Assembly (NCBI GenBank): GCA_001275005.1
Contig: JWZX01003209.1
Coordinates: 1-34,711 of the forward strand
Reading direction: 5' to 3'
Source of the DNA: Chrysochromulina tobinii
Lineage: Eukaryota
Length of the DNA stretch: 34,711 nt
Shown: in pieces, positions 19,693 through 30,499 of the stretch
How positions within the stretch are numbered: position 1 is the stretch's first letter
Layout: each line of letters opens with the position of its first letter
Notes under the pieces: model-generated
Told to the model about the DNA's origin: nothing
The model's input: only the letters and a program-made list of their open reading frames with translations
Databases searched by the model: none
Made by a program: the position numbers and the translations under genes

Positions 19693-21168
19693 ATGGGCTC
19701 TCTCGCGCGCGGCGGCGCCTCGCCTGCACTGTGGACGGTTGGTGCAGCTGCTTGCGTCCTGACTGCCAGCTGGCTGCTCCGGAGGCATCGGCGGCGGCGG
19801 CGGCCCGATGCGGTTGCGCAGCGCTTGTTCGTCAACCTTCAGGATGCAGCTACACGTGCCGTCGCAGCTGAGCAGGATCCTTCAGGTCCGAGCATGCACC
19901 GCTCCGGTTCAGCTGCGAACTTCGAAGGCAAGCCTCTTTTCGGCCTCGACATAGGTGGCTCGTTGCTAAAGGTCATCTACCTCGTGCCCGACAGCGACAG
20001 CGGTAGTAATGGCGGCGGCCTCGCGAAGCCTAGCGAACTGAGCCCGGCGGCCTTCTCCAAGGGCGTCCCGCGCTGCGTCGAGGAGCCGTCGCTCACCGTG
20101 CAGGTGCCCGCGCTCGGCGGCACATTCCACTTTTCATACTGCTCGACGAGCGAGATCGGGCCAGCAGTGCAGCTTCTCCGGCGGCACAGGTTGTGCGTGG
20201 GAGCCGAGTCGATCCACGCGACGGGCGGCGGCGCGCACAAGTACCGCAAGCTGCTCGAGGCGGAGCTCGGAGCGACCCTGCTGCCGTGCAATGAGCTCCA
20301 TGCCGTGGTGTTGGGCATCTGCCTGATGGCGAAAGCCGTCCCCGACGAATGCTACACGTTTGAGCGGGTGGCCGACCCCGCGGCGGCGGCGGTGGGCGAG
20401 GAGCGGCCGCAGGCGATCATCATCCCATCGGACCAGCTGGGCATCGTGCAGCCCATGCGCAAGATCCATCGGCCCTTTGCCAACCGCAGCGACGATTTCT
20501 TCCCGTTCCTGCTCTGCAACGTGGGCACGGGAGTCTCGATTTTACATGTGCAGAGCGAGACGGACTACACGCGCGTCTCGGGCACGGCGCTCGGGGGCGG
20601 CACGTTTCTCGGGCTCGCGCGCTTGCTCACGCAGGCGCGCCGCTTCGAAGAGGCCCTAGAGGTAGCAGCCAGAGGCGACGCGCGGCGCGTCAACATGCTC
20701 GTCTCTGACATTTACGGCAGTGGCGACGAGCGCTCTGGCCTCAAGCTCCCGGGCGACCTGACGGCGTCCTTCTTCGCCAAAAACATCGCGGCGGACGACC
20801 CCGAGGCAGACCCACGCGCGCACGTGACCGACGACGACATCTGCAAGTCGCTCGTCGTCATGATCGCGCAGAACGTGGCGCAGATCGCGCACCTCAACGC
20901 CCGCATCCACGGCGCTCGGCGCGTCTTCTTCACGGGCAACTTTCTGCGTCGCAACGACCTCGCGCTGCGCACGCTGGTGTACACGATGCATAGGTGGAAG
21001 CAGCTCGACGATTACCCGACTGAGGCCGTCTTCTTCCGACACGAGGGCTACTTTGGCGCCATTGGCGCCTTCTTGCAGACGCTCGACTCGCAGTTCGTGC
21101 AAGACCTCTCGTTCGACGGCTCGTCTACCACCTCGTCGTGTACGCCGTCCCGCGCCGCCTCCGACTAG
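19693..21168 (+). CDS. PANK: Type II (eukaryotic, Fumble-family) pantothenate kinase
   Basis: Motifs FGLDIGGSL.K, ATGGGAHKY, PFLLCNVGTGVSIL, RVSGTALGGGTFLGL, MLVSDIYG, F.GNFLR and FRHEGYFGAIGA. Likely ATG at 19693; an upstream in-frame ATG exists at 19624. Confidence 0.93.
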   Translation: MGSLARGGASPALWTVGAAACVLTASWLLRRHRRRRRPDAVAQRLFVNLQDAATRAVAAEQDPSGPSMHRSGSAANFEGKPLFGLDIGGSLLKVIYLVPDSDSGSNGGGLAKPSELSPAAFSKGVPRCVEEPSLTVQVPALGGTFHFSYCSTSEIGPAVQLLRRHRLCVGAESIHATGGGAHKYRKLLEAELGATLLPCNELHAVVLGICLMAKAVPDECYTFERVADPAAAAVGEERPQAIIIPSDQLGIVQPMRKIHRPFANRSDDFFPFLLCNVGTGVSILHVQSETDYTRVSGTALGGGTFLGLARLLTQARRFEEALEVAARGDARRVNMLVSDIYGSGDERSGLKLPGDLTASFFAKNIAADDPEADPRAHVTDDDICKSLVVMIAQNVAQIAHLNARIHGARRVFFTGNFLRRNDLALRTLVYTMHRWKQLDDYPTEAVFFRHEGYFGAIGAFLQTLDSQFVQDLSFDGSSTTSSCTPSRAASD

Positions 21169-22380
21169 GGCGTTGATCGACGAGCCTCACTAGGGAGACT
21201 GACGACGAGCAGAGTGCAACCGTGCGCGGCCGCGTGGCCATCTGCGTCTTGCGTTCCGATCAGACTGGAGAGCATGGAGAGAGTTACCGACGTTTCCTAG
21301 CGTCTGGCTTCTGCGCCTCGTCCGTACGGCAGATATCGTTCCGCGGTCGGGATTAGAGATGATCGTGATCGAACGGCGCCCTTAACTAAACACCCCTTCT
21401 CAACCGCGTCGCCCCGGCCAGTGAGACCGACAAGGCTTCGAGACGGGTGTCGGGTCGATTCACGATTGTGCGCTGCTCCCTGCTCGTGGACGTGGCGGGT
21501 GGCCATGCCGGGGATCGATGAAGCGCGCACATGAATTGCACACTAAAACCGAGTTCAGAGTATCTGAGTTCTGCCGCAATAGGAGGCAAATGGCCTATTA
21601 TATCTCATACGGCGCGGCGGCCGGTGGAGCCGCTTTGCCTTTATATGTCTAAGAGACTAAGACTCATGTAAGCACAACATGTGGAAGCACGATGAAGACG
21701 CGGAGCGCCCAAGACCCGTCTGAGCACGAGCTCGAAGGCGCGAGCATGCAATAACGTGCAAGGAAGCACGAGCATGAGGAGCAAGAACGAGCATGTAGAA
21801 GCACGATGACCAATGAGAACAGCACCCGGGCTCCTGCTGCAGGTGGTGAGATTTCATTCGACCATGGGCGCCGGCCGCGACCGGCTGGCGGCTGGGGCGG
21901 CCGCGCCGGTTCGCCTCAGGTCACGGATGTTGCCTGTCTCGGCAGGAACGGGCGGAGTGCCTTTCTTGGTGCCGCGATCCTCCAGGTCAATTGCGATCTC
22001 ATCCCGGCGCGTCTGGCGCTCCTTGTCAATGAGCGTGGAGCACGGAATGTCGTCTCTGTAAGCGAGAACGCAGGGCCGCGAGGCGACAGATGTGATCCTT
22101 GACGTGCGCGCAGCAAGATTCGCTCAGACGCGCGCGCGCAGGCAGGGGAACACACCTCGGCTCTGGACTAGCCACAGACATTGGTCAATGAATAAATTGA
22201 AGATTCCGCAGCCTTATGGGAATTTGTCATCGGCCGATGATCTCCCAAGCCCCATGAGCGCTCACCAGCCGGGAGTTGCCTGTGAATGAGGAGAGTCCTG
22301 TGAATTGTCCATCCTGCCGCCCGCCACCGGCCGCGTACAAGACGGACAAGACGCCCTCGGCCCGCCTCCTCTGATCCGGG

Positions 22381-24006
22381 ATGCCAGTTGCGGCGTCCAG
22401 CCGCCCCTCCTCCTTCGACATGCTCGCTGCCTACGCCGTGGCGCACGCGGACGCTCTCGACCGCACCGCCGAGGAGAGAGGTGCGCCGTGGTGCCCACGC
22501 CTATCCGCTACCTCCTTCCCACCCGTACCTCCTTCCCGCCCACTGGTCTGAGCTACGAGAGCACGCCGTTCTCACACTCCCTCCCTGTATCTCTCCCAAT
22601 CTCACTCTCACTCTCATCGAAGCTCACACTTACACACACTCTCCTTCGCAGAGCGAGAGACGCGCGAGGAGCTCGGGAAGCTCTGGCGTCGTCGTGAGCT
22701 CGCTGAGTCGCAGTGTCAGCCCTCGCTGGTCGACATCCCGCGCTTCTTCATGCAGAAGACGCCCGCCAGCGGGGTGAGCTCGGCCGGCCGGCCGGCAGCG
22801 GCTGCTGCGGCGGCGGGCGGCGCCTCGAGCCAGTCGATGCTGCAGGCAGAGCTCGGCAAGCTTGCACGGCTGCGGCTGCGCGAGCACATGGCGTCGCTCA
22901 CGCTCTCGCGCGAGGAGCTCGAGCTGCTATGGAGGCTGCTCAAGCGCCACGCGTCGCCGCCGCTCACGTCGGACGAGCGCATCAACTACGACGACTTTTG
23001 CCAGGTGTCCGAGGCGATGCCAGCGCGCTGCTCGCGCTCGTTTTTCTGCGCGTCGCACTTTGCCAAATTCTTCCCAGACAGTCACGGGCGCATCTCGCTG
23101 CTCGACTTTTTCCAGTGGGCGCGGCGCAAGAATGCGTTGATGGAGACGCGCATCGAGCTCTCGAGCTTCGACGCCGACGCCGACGGCACCCTCACAGAGA
23201 AGGAGTTGGAGCAGTGGATTGAGGCACTCATCCCAAATCTGCCCGCTCTCGAGGGCATCGTGGGCGAGTTCGTCGACTTTTACCGCGTGACGGCCGTGCG
23301 CAAGTTCCTCTTCTTTCTCGACCCGCGCCGGCGCACGCGCGTGCCCATTAAAGAGCTCCTCGCCTCGCCCGTGACGCATGAGCTGCTCGAGCTCAAGCGT
23401 CTGGACATCACGTCCGACGAGCTGCGCCACAATTGGTTCAGCCTCGCGTACGCGGAGATGCTGTACGCGGACTATCTCGAGCTCGACGAGGATCAGAACG
23501 GGATGCTCTCGGCGCAGGAGCTCTCGCGCTATCGTGGCGGCGGCCTGACCAGTGTCTTCATAGAACGCATCTTTCAGGAATGTCAGACGTACCGCAACCC
23601 GCAAACGCGACAGAGCGAGATCGACTACAAGTCGTACCTCGACTTCGTACTCGCGACGACGTACAAGGGGACCCCCGAGTCGCTCTCCTACTTCTTGCGG
23701 CTGCTCGACATCCAAAAGGTGGGCGGCCTCACAGCCCTCGACGTCAAGATCTTCTTCCGCGCGGTCGTCCACAAGTTCGCCGAGTTTGGCGACGAGGCCA
23801 ATTGCGAGGTCGACGACGTGAAGGACGAGATCTTCGACATGGTCAAGCCGCGCGACCCGATGTTCATCACGCTGAGCGACCTCATCGCGTGCAAGGTGGG
23901 CGACACCGTGGTCGGCATGCTCACCGACATGAACGCCTTTGCCGCCTACGACAGGCGCGAGCAGAACCTCGACCACAGCGGCGGCGCTGGCACCGAGGAG
24001 TCATAG
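22381..24006 (+). CDS. PPP2R3C: PP2A regulatory subunit B'' gamma (PPP2R3C / TON2-FASS-like, EF-hand); 2 exons (22381-22480, 22652-24006)
   Basis: Motifs IPRFF, RINYDDF, FY..TAVRKFLFFLDP, NWFS, YLELDEDQNGMLS..EL, LTSVFIERIF, DYKSYLDFVLA and DVKDEIFDMVKP. A phase-1 intron extends the ORF upstream. Confidence 0.9.
22481..22651 (+). other. Spliceosomal intron (171 nt, CT/CA-rich)
   Basis: G|gtgcgc...ccttcgcag|AG; pyrimidine-rich; joins the upstream short exon in frame. Confidence 0.75.
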
Positions 24007-24401
24007 GGCCACTTACTTAGGGCCGCGCCCACGGGCTCGCCGGTGCTCTTTGAGGATGGAGGTGAACTCTCTGATCTCTGTAGCAAACGCACGGGTGGTG
24101 TATTAAATTGTCCGCGCGGTCGGTAATCGTGGGGCGCGCGGGGGCGGAGTGCGGCGACGCCGCCCTCCGCCGCCCGAGCGCGTCCTCGGTCCGGTCCAGG
24201 ATGTACAGCAGCGGTACACCCTGAATGAAGCATGACGTGAGAATTGTGTCACCAGTGACATATGTATATATGAACCAAAAGATACAACGCGCCGCCGGCG
24301 GGCGGACCCGCGGACCCGACCGGGGACCTCGCCGGTACCGTGTACCGACCGCGGACCGGACGACCACGACGGCGGGCCGCCCGCCCAGAGGGGCTCCGTC
24401 C

Positions 24402-26585
24402 TCAAGCGCCTTCGGCGTAGCGCACGAGCTCGAACTCGTGGATGCGGCGCACCTGAGGGTCGGCGACGAGTACCGAACCCTCATCGGCCCGCACGTGGAT
24501 GCCGTGCAGGCTCCCCATGCCCGGCGGCGCCACGACCTGCTGTGGCACGCCGTTGGGTAGCAGTACCTGGACACGCCGCTTCTCAGCGACGATGATGTAG
24601 CCGCGCGCGGCGGCAACTGCCGAGGGTAGGTGGAAGCAGCCGGGCGCGACACCATGCCGCCCGAGGGTGCGAACGAAGTTGCCGTCGATGCGGTTGAAGA
24701 CCGTGAGACGATGGTTCGACGTGTCAGCGACAAAGAGAAGCTCGCCGCCGTCGCCCATGAAGCACAAGCCTCCTGGGTCACAGAGCTCTCCACCGGCCGA
24801 TCCTCGACGACCAAGGGTTGTGACCGGTCGGAGCGAGTGGCCGACGGGTCGCGAGTGGCCGAGCCGAGAGACCTCATACCCCACGATGCAGTGGGCACCA
24901 CGGTCACTCACCCACAGCTGTTGACCGTCCGGCGTGAGAGCGAGGCCCTCTGGCCGGCGCGCGCCTTCGGGCGGCCCTCCAACGGCCGCGCCGCCAGCTC
25001 CACCCGCCGCGCCACCGCCCATGCCGTCGCCCACGCCGCCGCCGCCCACGCCCCCCATGCCGCCGCCGCCGGCCGGTTCGGGCTCTGTGTTCATCAGCAC
25101 TGCAAAGCCTTCGAAACCCTTCTCAAGTGTATGAGGCCGTCGAATCCAATCGATGGGCAGGCGCCGCTTCTGCAGGCGTCGCAGCTGGGCGTCGGCCACG
25201 TACACGTGCTCACCGTCCGTGGCCATGCCGCGAGGCTCCGAGAAATCGGAAGGTCCGATGCCTCGCGTGCCGAGCTGCCCGAGGATCTCGCCAGAGCTCG
25301 TGAGGAGGCGCAAGCAGGAGGTGGCAGACTCGGCCACGAGAAGAGGACCGCCAGCTCCTCCAAGAGCGATTACGTGGGTGGGATGCGCAAGGGCATCCGA
25401 TCCGAGCGTGTGTCGGAAGCGCAGCGCCTCGAGCTCGCGCCGCTTGGCACGGGCCTCCGTAGCCCAGAGAGTGCATACCGAGGCGGCGGGTAAGAAAGCT
25501 GCGAGTTGCATGTGCTCGAAGAGTGTCGAGATGACATCTGGGGAGAGGAGGGAGACGTCGAGCAGCGAGGCGTCCATAGGCACGGCCGCTGATCCCGACG
25601 CCGAGCACGTCATGGTCGCCGCCACGCTGCCCTCCACGCTGCCCTCCACGCTGCCCTCCAAGACCGCCGGTGGCGCGGGCGTCGGCTTCAGCAGCGGGGC
25701 GTCCGAGGCCGGGGCCATCTCGTTCAAGGGAGCCGCGAGCTCAAAATAGTGGAGACGCCCGCCCCTTGCGTCGGTCACGTACGCACGTGCCTTGCCCACA
25801 CAGATGCCGTTCAAGCAAGTGTCGCCGCCGCTGCCGTGGTCGCCGCCGCCGCCCACACCGCCGAGAGCCGCGGGGCAGATCTCCGCGGGGCAGATCACTC
25901 GGAGACAAGCGCAGGTGACCCCACAGAGGACTTGGATGCGCCGGCGCTCAACGACATGGAGCTGGCCGTCGTGCACGGCCACGCCCGTCGGCTCCTCGAA
26001 CTGGCCCGCGCCGCTGCCGTAGCTGCCAATGGAGCGCGTGAACAGCCCGGCCGGCGTGAAGCACGTGAGACGATGGTTTTGAGAATCGGTGACCACGAGC
26101 TCCGTCGTACCGTTGCCAGCCTCGCCGAGGGCGGCGATGCCATGTGGGAAGCGTAGCTCGCCTGGGCCGGAGCCTTCGCGGCCGATGGGCTCGCCCATCG
26201 GCTCGAGCAAATGCGGTTGGTACCGGACGATGCGATGATTGTGGCTATCGACCACGAACAGCGTGCCCTCGGCGAGCACCATGCCCTGCGGTGACGTGAG
26301 CTCTGCACGACCGCTGCCTATGGCGCCCGCGACGCCTGCAGCCGAAAAGTCGTGCAGCCTCAGCCGATGAATCTGATGCGTGCCGGCATCGGCCACATAG
26401 AGCATTTCGTTGCTGCAGGCGAGGCCCGTTGGGCACTCAAAAGCTACTGCGATGTCGGGCTGTTTAGCCTTGTTGGCATCCTTTGTGAAGACCACCAGCG
26501 ACGCCTTGCCCTCATCGGACACGCAGACTTTGCCAGAGGGCAGGACCACCGCGTGTGTGGGGCGCGACCGCGCTAGACTCGCCAT
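24402..26585 (-). CDS. NHL-repeat beta-propeller protein with two propeller regions flanking a probable F-box
   Basis: Many P.G(L/I)A....(L/V)YVAD..NHR(I/L) and G..GSGPG.(F/L)..P units in two blocks. Central LLSPDVISTLFEHM..A.FL.AASVCTLW resembles an F-box. Confidence 0.85.
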   Translation of the reverse strand: MASLARSRPTHAVVLPSGKVCVSDEGKASLVVFTKDANKAKQPDIAVAFECPTGLACSNEMLYVADAGTHQIHRLRLHDFSAAGVAGAIGSGRAELTSPQGMVLAEGTLFVVDSHNHRIVRYQPHLLEPMGEPIGREGSGPGELRFPHGIAALGEAGNGTTELVVTDSQNHRLTCFTPAGLFTRSIGSYGSGAGQFEEPTGVAVHDGQLHVVERRRIQVLCGVTCACLRVICPAEICPAALGGVGGGGDHGSGGDTCLNGICVGKARAYVTDARGGRLHYFELAAPLNEMAPASDAPLLKPTPAPPAVLEGSVEGSVEGSVAATMTCSASGSAAVPMDASLLDVSLLSPDVISTLFEHMQLAAFLPAASVCTLWATEARAKRRELEALRFRHTLGSDALAHPTHVIALGGAGGPLLVAESATSCLRLLTSSGEILGQLGTRGIGPSDFSEPRGMATDGEHVYVADAQLRRLQKRRLPIDWIRRPHTLEKGFEGFAVLMNTEPEPAGGGGMGGVGGGGVGDGMGGGAAGGAGGAAVGGPPEGARRPEGLALTPDGQQLWVSDRGAHCIVGYEVSRLGHSRPVGHSLRPVTTLGRRGSAGGELCDPGGLCFMGDGGELLFVADTSNHRLTVFNRIDGNFVRTLGRHGVAPGCFHLPSAVAAARGYIIVAEKRRVQVLLPNGVPQQVVAPPGMGSLHGIHVRADEGSVLVADPQVRRIHEFELVRYAEGA
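25622..25660 (-). repeat. 12-nt coding tandem repeat x3 (EGSV)
   Basis: ccacgctgccct x3 on the plus strand. Confidence 0.9.
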
Positions 26586-27956
26586 TGGCTGTGAACGCCT
26601 TCATATGGCTGTGAACGCCAGTCATATGAACCCCTGATGCCGGAACGCACGCGTCGCCACTCAAACCCCCGCACACCACTCTACACCCGCTCCCGTGCCG
26701 CGAGGCCTCGCCTGGCTTAGGTCAGAAAGGCCCGCGATGTTCGTCAAACTCTGTGTGGCTCCTGCCCGCCATGGTGAGGACGATCCTCGCTGCTCCCTCG
26801 CCTCAAGACCCTCGCTTGGGCCGTTGGGGGCGCCTTACTTGCCATGTTCACCGTCACCACCACTGCTCATGTCCGCACGCACGGCTTGCGATGTCCCCGT
26901 GGTAGGATAGTGGTAGCACACCTGTGGTTCTAGGACAAATATAAGCCGCAGAGGGTGCGGACAGCGGGAAAGGGGGGTTCGCTACTACGCACCTGCTCAA
27001 CTGAGCTGTCGAACGGCTCACTAGTGTACAGTACTCAGGGCAGTCCGGTACCTGGTAGTGATCAACGCCCCGGGGGTATCCGGGGGGGGGGAAGTAGGGT
27101 AGAAGTAGGGGGGAAGCGCGATCAAGGAAGCGGCCCCAGATCGATGTGCACTTGTTTATGGGCCGGTCTCCACGAACGCCGTCCCACCGCCGCCTCCGCC
27201 CGCTGCCCGGGCCCCGCCGGGTGTGAGCGTGATGTGACTGCCATGTTCGCCCCTGTATCCCCGGGCTCGAGGGCAGTCCATAGGCAGTCCTCGACCCCCC
27301 GCCGCCCCCCCGCCGCTCGGATGTTCCCCCCGCCGCTCGGATCCCGCCCCATCTGGCTGGCTGTCCAGTATCCACCTCGCTGGTCCCGTGGTCCGTATTC
27401 CAAGGCTCGGACTGAAACACGGATGAGGAGGTTGAAGGTCAGCAGCTCCCTAGAGCCCTATAGAGCCCCTGATATTTGCTGATTCTCTGCTCCCCCTATC
27501 ACGCCGGGGAGCCGTTAAGAGTATGATACGATAAAGCCGTGAGGTGAGCGAGCAGCGGGGGATGCGAATGCGGTTAGGCGGACCACCCCTCGCCCCTAGT
27601 AAGCGGAGTCACCGACGCGATCGTCTCCGGGATGAACCGGCGCGGTCTTGGGCCGCTGCATCCGACGGAAGTTCCACGCGCTCCCGCGCTCCGAGGGCTC
27701 GAGCCGGCACACCCGACACCGCTCCCGCCCGCCGCCGCCCGGCCGGCGCGCCGCACGCCTGTGTGACCTGAGTTTCACTGTGCATTAAGTCGCGGTACGG
27801 GAATACACCCGTTGCACGCCACAACTACGGTCTCGCGAGTGGCGGGGGGATGCGCAGTATCTACATCGCGTACCAAAAACAAATGTACATCAAGGATTGA
27901 TCGCCCCGAAACGCGAAGGATCTACACCACCGTGCGACGGACATGGCGGTTCGGCG

Positions 27957-29381
27957 TTACAATCTCGCAAGGGCGAGGGTCTGGTTCACGTCGCAAGCGC
28001 CCCCCGAGTCCGGAACGCCGTCCAAGAGATCCAGGACGGTCGCAGCCGTCGAGAGGATGCCAAAGGCGGCGCCCGCACCAGCGAGGAGCAAACAGCTCGC
28101 GCGGCCACATCGCGAGCGCAAGAGCACGGTGCGATGGCGCAGACGCCAAGCGATGAGCGCGGGCATGACGAAGCAAAGGTACACGTTGGCCGTGCCGCCC
28201 AGCACGCCGAAGACGACGGAGATGTCGGGGAGCACGAGGGCAAGGGCGAGCGAAGGCGCCGCCATGAAGAACGTCAGCCCGACATGCCGCAGCTGCTTGT
28301 GCCGTCGGCCGCACTGGCTGAAGAACGCGAGGTCGAGGGTGTCGCGGCCTGGATAGAGGTTGACAGGATACGCCATCAGGAGCTGGAGCGCGATCGCCAA
28401 GGCGGCACTGGTCATGATGCTGGGCATGTGGGCGCTGTACGACGTGAGGCTGGGCGTGTGCAGGCAGTAGTTGTTGAGCAGGTCGCCCTGGGACGAGTGG
28501 GGAAAGTTGGCGTACCCGACGAAGCCGATCGCGATGTAGCACAGGGCGCAGATAGCCATGGCGCGGGACGATACGGCAGTCATCACCCTCGTCTTGTATG
28601 GTGTTCTCAGCTCCGAGTAAATCGAGGGCACGTTCATCTGGCCGTCGAACGAGAAGATGATGAGCGAGATGGACGAGGCGGTACCCGTCGAGTAATGGCC
28701 GAATTCGATGAGCCGCACCTCCCCGATCGTCTTGCTCGGCATGATGCTGGCATCGATGCCGAAATGGACCCCCATCGCTATCGCAAGGTAAATGAGAGCG
28801 AGCACTGCGAAGAGCGAGGTGAAGCGCAGCTGCGAGACGTCTTTGACGAGGGAGAGGGGCAGCATGATCACGACCCAGAAGGCGCTCAGGCACAAGTCCC
28901 GTGTCAGCCACGGCATCGAGTGTGTCGCGGCGAACACATCGATGAAGGGCTGAAGAATGTCGCCCAGGGCGATCGTGTACGCGACAGCTGAGCCGAACGA
29001 GATGACGAACACTGAAGCGCCAATGGCTCGGCGATTCCACCGGCCGAACGCGACCTCGGCGAGGTCCTCAAACGACGCGACGCCAGTCGCCTCGAGGCAA
29101 TCGGCCAGTAACATGTTGGCCAAGTGGCTGGCCATGGCGGTCAGGATGCAGAACGTGACCGCCAGCACCAACCCCATCTGCTGGAAGGCATGGGGCAGCG
29201 CCAGGGAACCGGCACCAAGCGTCGCGGTGGACAAATTGAATACCGCACCCCATAACAACCCGAATCCATGACGAGGGCCAGCACATTCGTCCCAGCATCG
29301 GAAAAACTTGCCGAGGTGCGAGCGAGGCTTGGAGTCACTCAGAAGCGGGTCCCGGTTAGGCGTGGTCGGCAGCGGCGCCAT
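27957..29381 (-). CDS. Amino-acid transporter, Aa_trans/AAAP family (SLC38/AVT6-like)
   Basis: Motifs GAVFNL...LGAG.LALP.AF...G, SFEDLA..AFG, MLPLSL.KD...LRFTS, FSF..Q.NVPSIY.EL, GF.GY..F...GDLLNNY and FG..GGT....CF.MP; ~11 TMs. Confidence 0.93.
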   Translation of the reverse strand: MAPLPTTPNRDPLLSDSKPRSHLGKFFRCWDECAGPRHGFGLLWGAVFNLSTATLGAGSLALPHAFQQMGLVLAVTFCILTAMASHLANMLLADCLEATGVASFEDLAEVAFGRWNRRAIGASVFVISFGSAVAYTIALGDILQPFIDVFAATHSMPWLTRDLCLSAFWVVIMLPLSLVKDVSQLRFTSLFAVLALIYLAIAMGVHFGIDASIMPSKTIGEVRLIEFGHYSTGTASSISLIIFSFDGQMNVPSIYSELRTPYKTRVMTAVSSRAMAICALCYIAIGFVGYANFPHSSQGDLLNNYCLHTPSLTSYSAHMPSIMTSAALAIALQLLMAYPVNLYPGRDTLDLAFFSQCGRRHKQLRHVGLTFFMAAPSLALALVLPDISVVFGVLGGTANVYLCFVMPALIAWRLRHRTVLLRSRCGRASCLLLAGAGAAFGILSTAATVLDLLDGVPDSGGACDVNQTLALARL

Positions 29382-30499
29382 AAAAGCACAGAGGTTGCGT
29401 TGTGGACGGATGCGAAAGTTCCTTTCTACAGTAAGAGTTTCCTCGACGCGGCGTCCCCCCCATCTGAAAATGTGGCATCCTCCCCACTGAAAACCACACC
29501 AGACACCACACTCTCACACACAGGGCCCCTGAAATTCACACGAAAGCAAGACGTTTCGACCTTGCAGATGAGACACATGTCTGGATCAATACATGTATGC
29601 AAGCTGCATGAAGCTGTCGATGTAAAGCAGTTTACAGGTTAGGCTCCGCCGTCGGTGTTCAAAGACACCGGGGGGAGCCGGGAAACATTCTTGTTAATGG
29701 CTGGAAACATCGCCATCGGGGGGAGCCGGGACACACAGAAACACAGACGGTTCAGGGTCGCGGGGTTCACACACAGAGTATGATTGGTATCGCGTCGGGT
29801 GAGTATTGTGTATTCGTATTTGATTTTCAGGGAAGAGGGATCCGAGGGAATGCAACGCGAACACCCCGCCCCCTACCGCCCCCCGCGGGAGTTAGAGCCG
29901 GTGCCGCATGCGGCACGTGCCGGCGCGGGAGAGCCGCCAGTCAGAGCCGGTGCCTGCACGTGCGGAGGACGTCCGTGCGGAGAGCCGCTGGCGAGCTGGC
30001 CCCGCCGCTCTGCCTCGGGCCCCCGCGCCCCGAACCCGCCCGCGCCCGCCCGCGCCCCCCTGGCCCCTGCGGTCCCGAGGAAATCGACGATTCGGCGGAA
30101 TTCCTTGCACGCAGACGCACACCTTGGGCATCGCGTATTGAATTGATCACACATTTCTAAGGACATATATGAAAACAGTTCCTCCATGTACACTTCTCAT
30201 TCCACGCTGGACAACATGCACTGATCACAATCACACGTATAACTGCGCCAGCCGCATGCCAAACCTACTAGCACGCGGGACTCGCCCGACACAGTCAGAC
30301 ATACAGCTTACTGTACGTGCGCAGTGCGACCTCACGTCTGATGCCACCTCCCGACCATCCATCACCCCCTTGATGAGTTCGCATGAAACTCGGTACGCTA
30401 CGCCACCGCCCATGCATGCGCGCGGACGCGAGCGGTGGCGACGAGCACCTGGCTCGATCACGTGCATGCACAGCGCTACCCCCCTCGATCGCATGGCGC

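Noticed and set aside
27897..29040. Long overlapping ORFs (364 aa on +, 372 aa on -) over the transporter; similar cases at 22927-23976, 30383-31381, 24630-25493 and 3661-4437
   Set aside because: Shadow ORFs expected from high GC3 codon bias. They are R/A/G-rich with no motifs and overlap well-supported genes.
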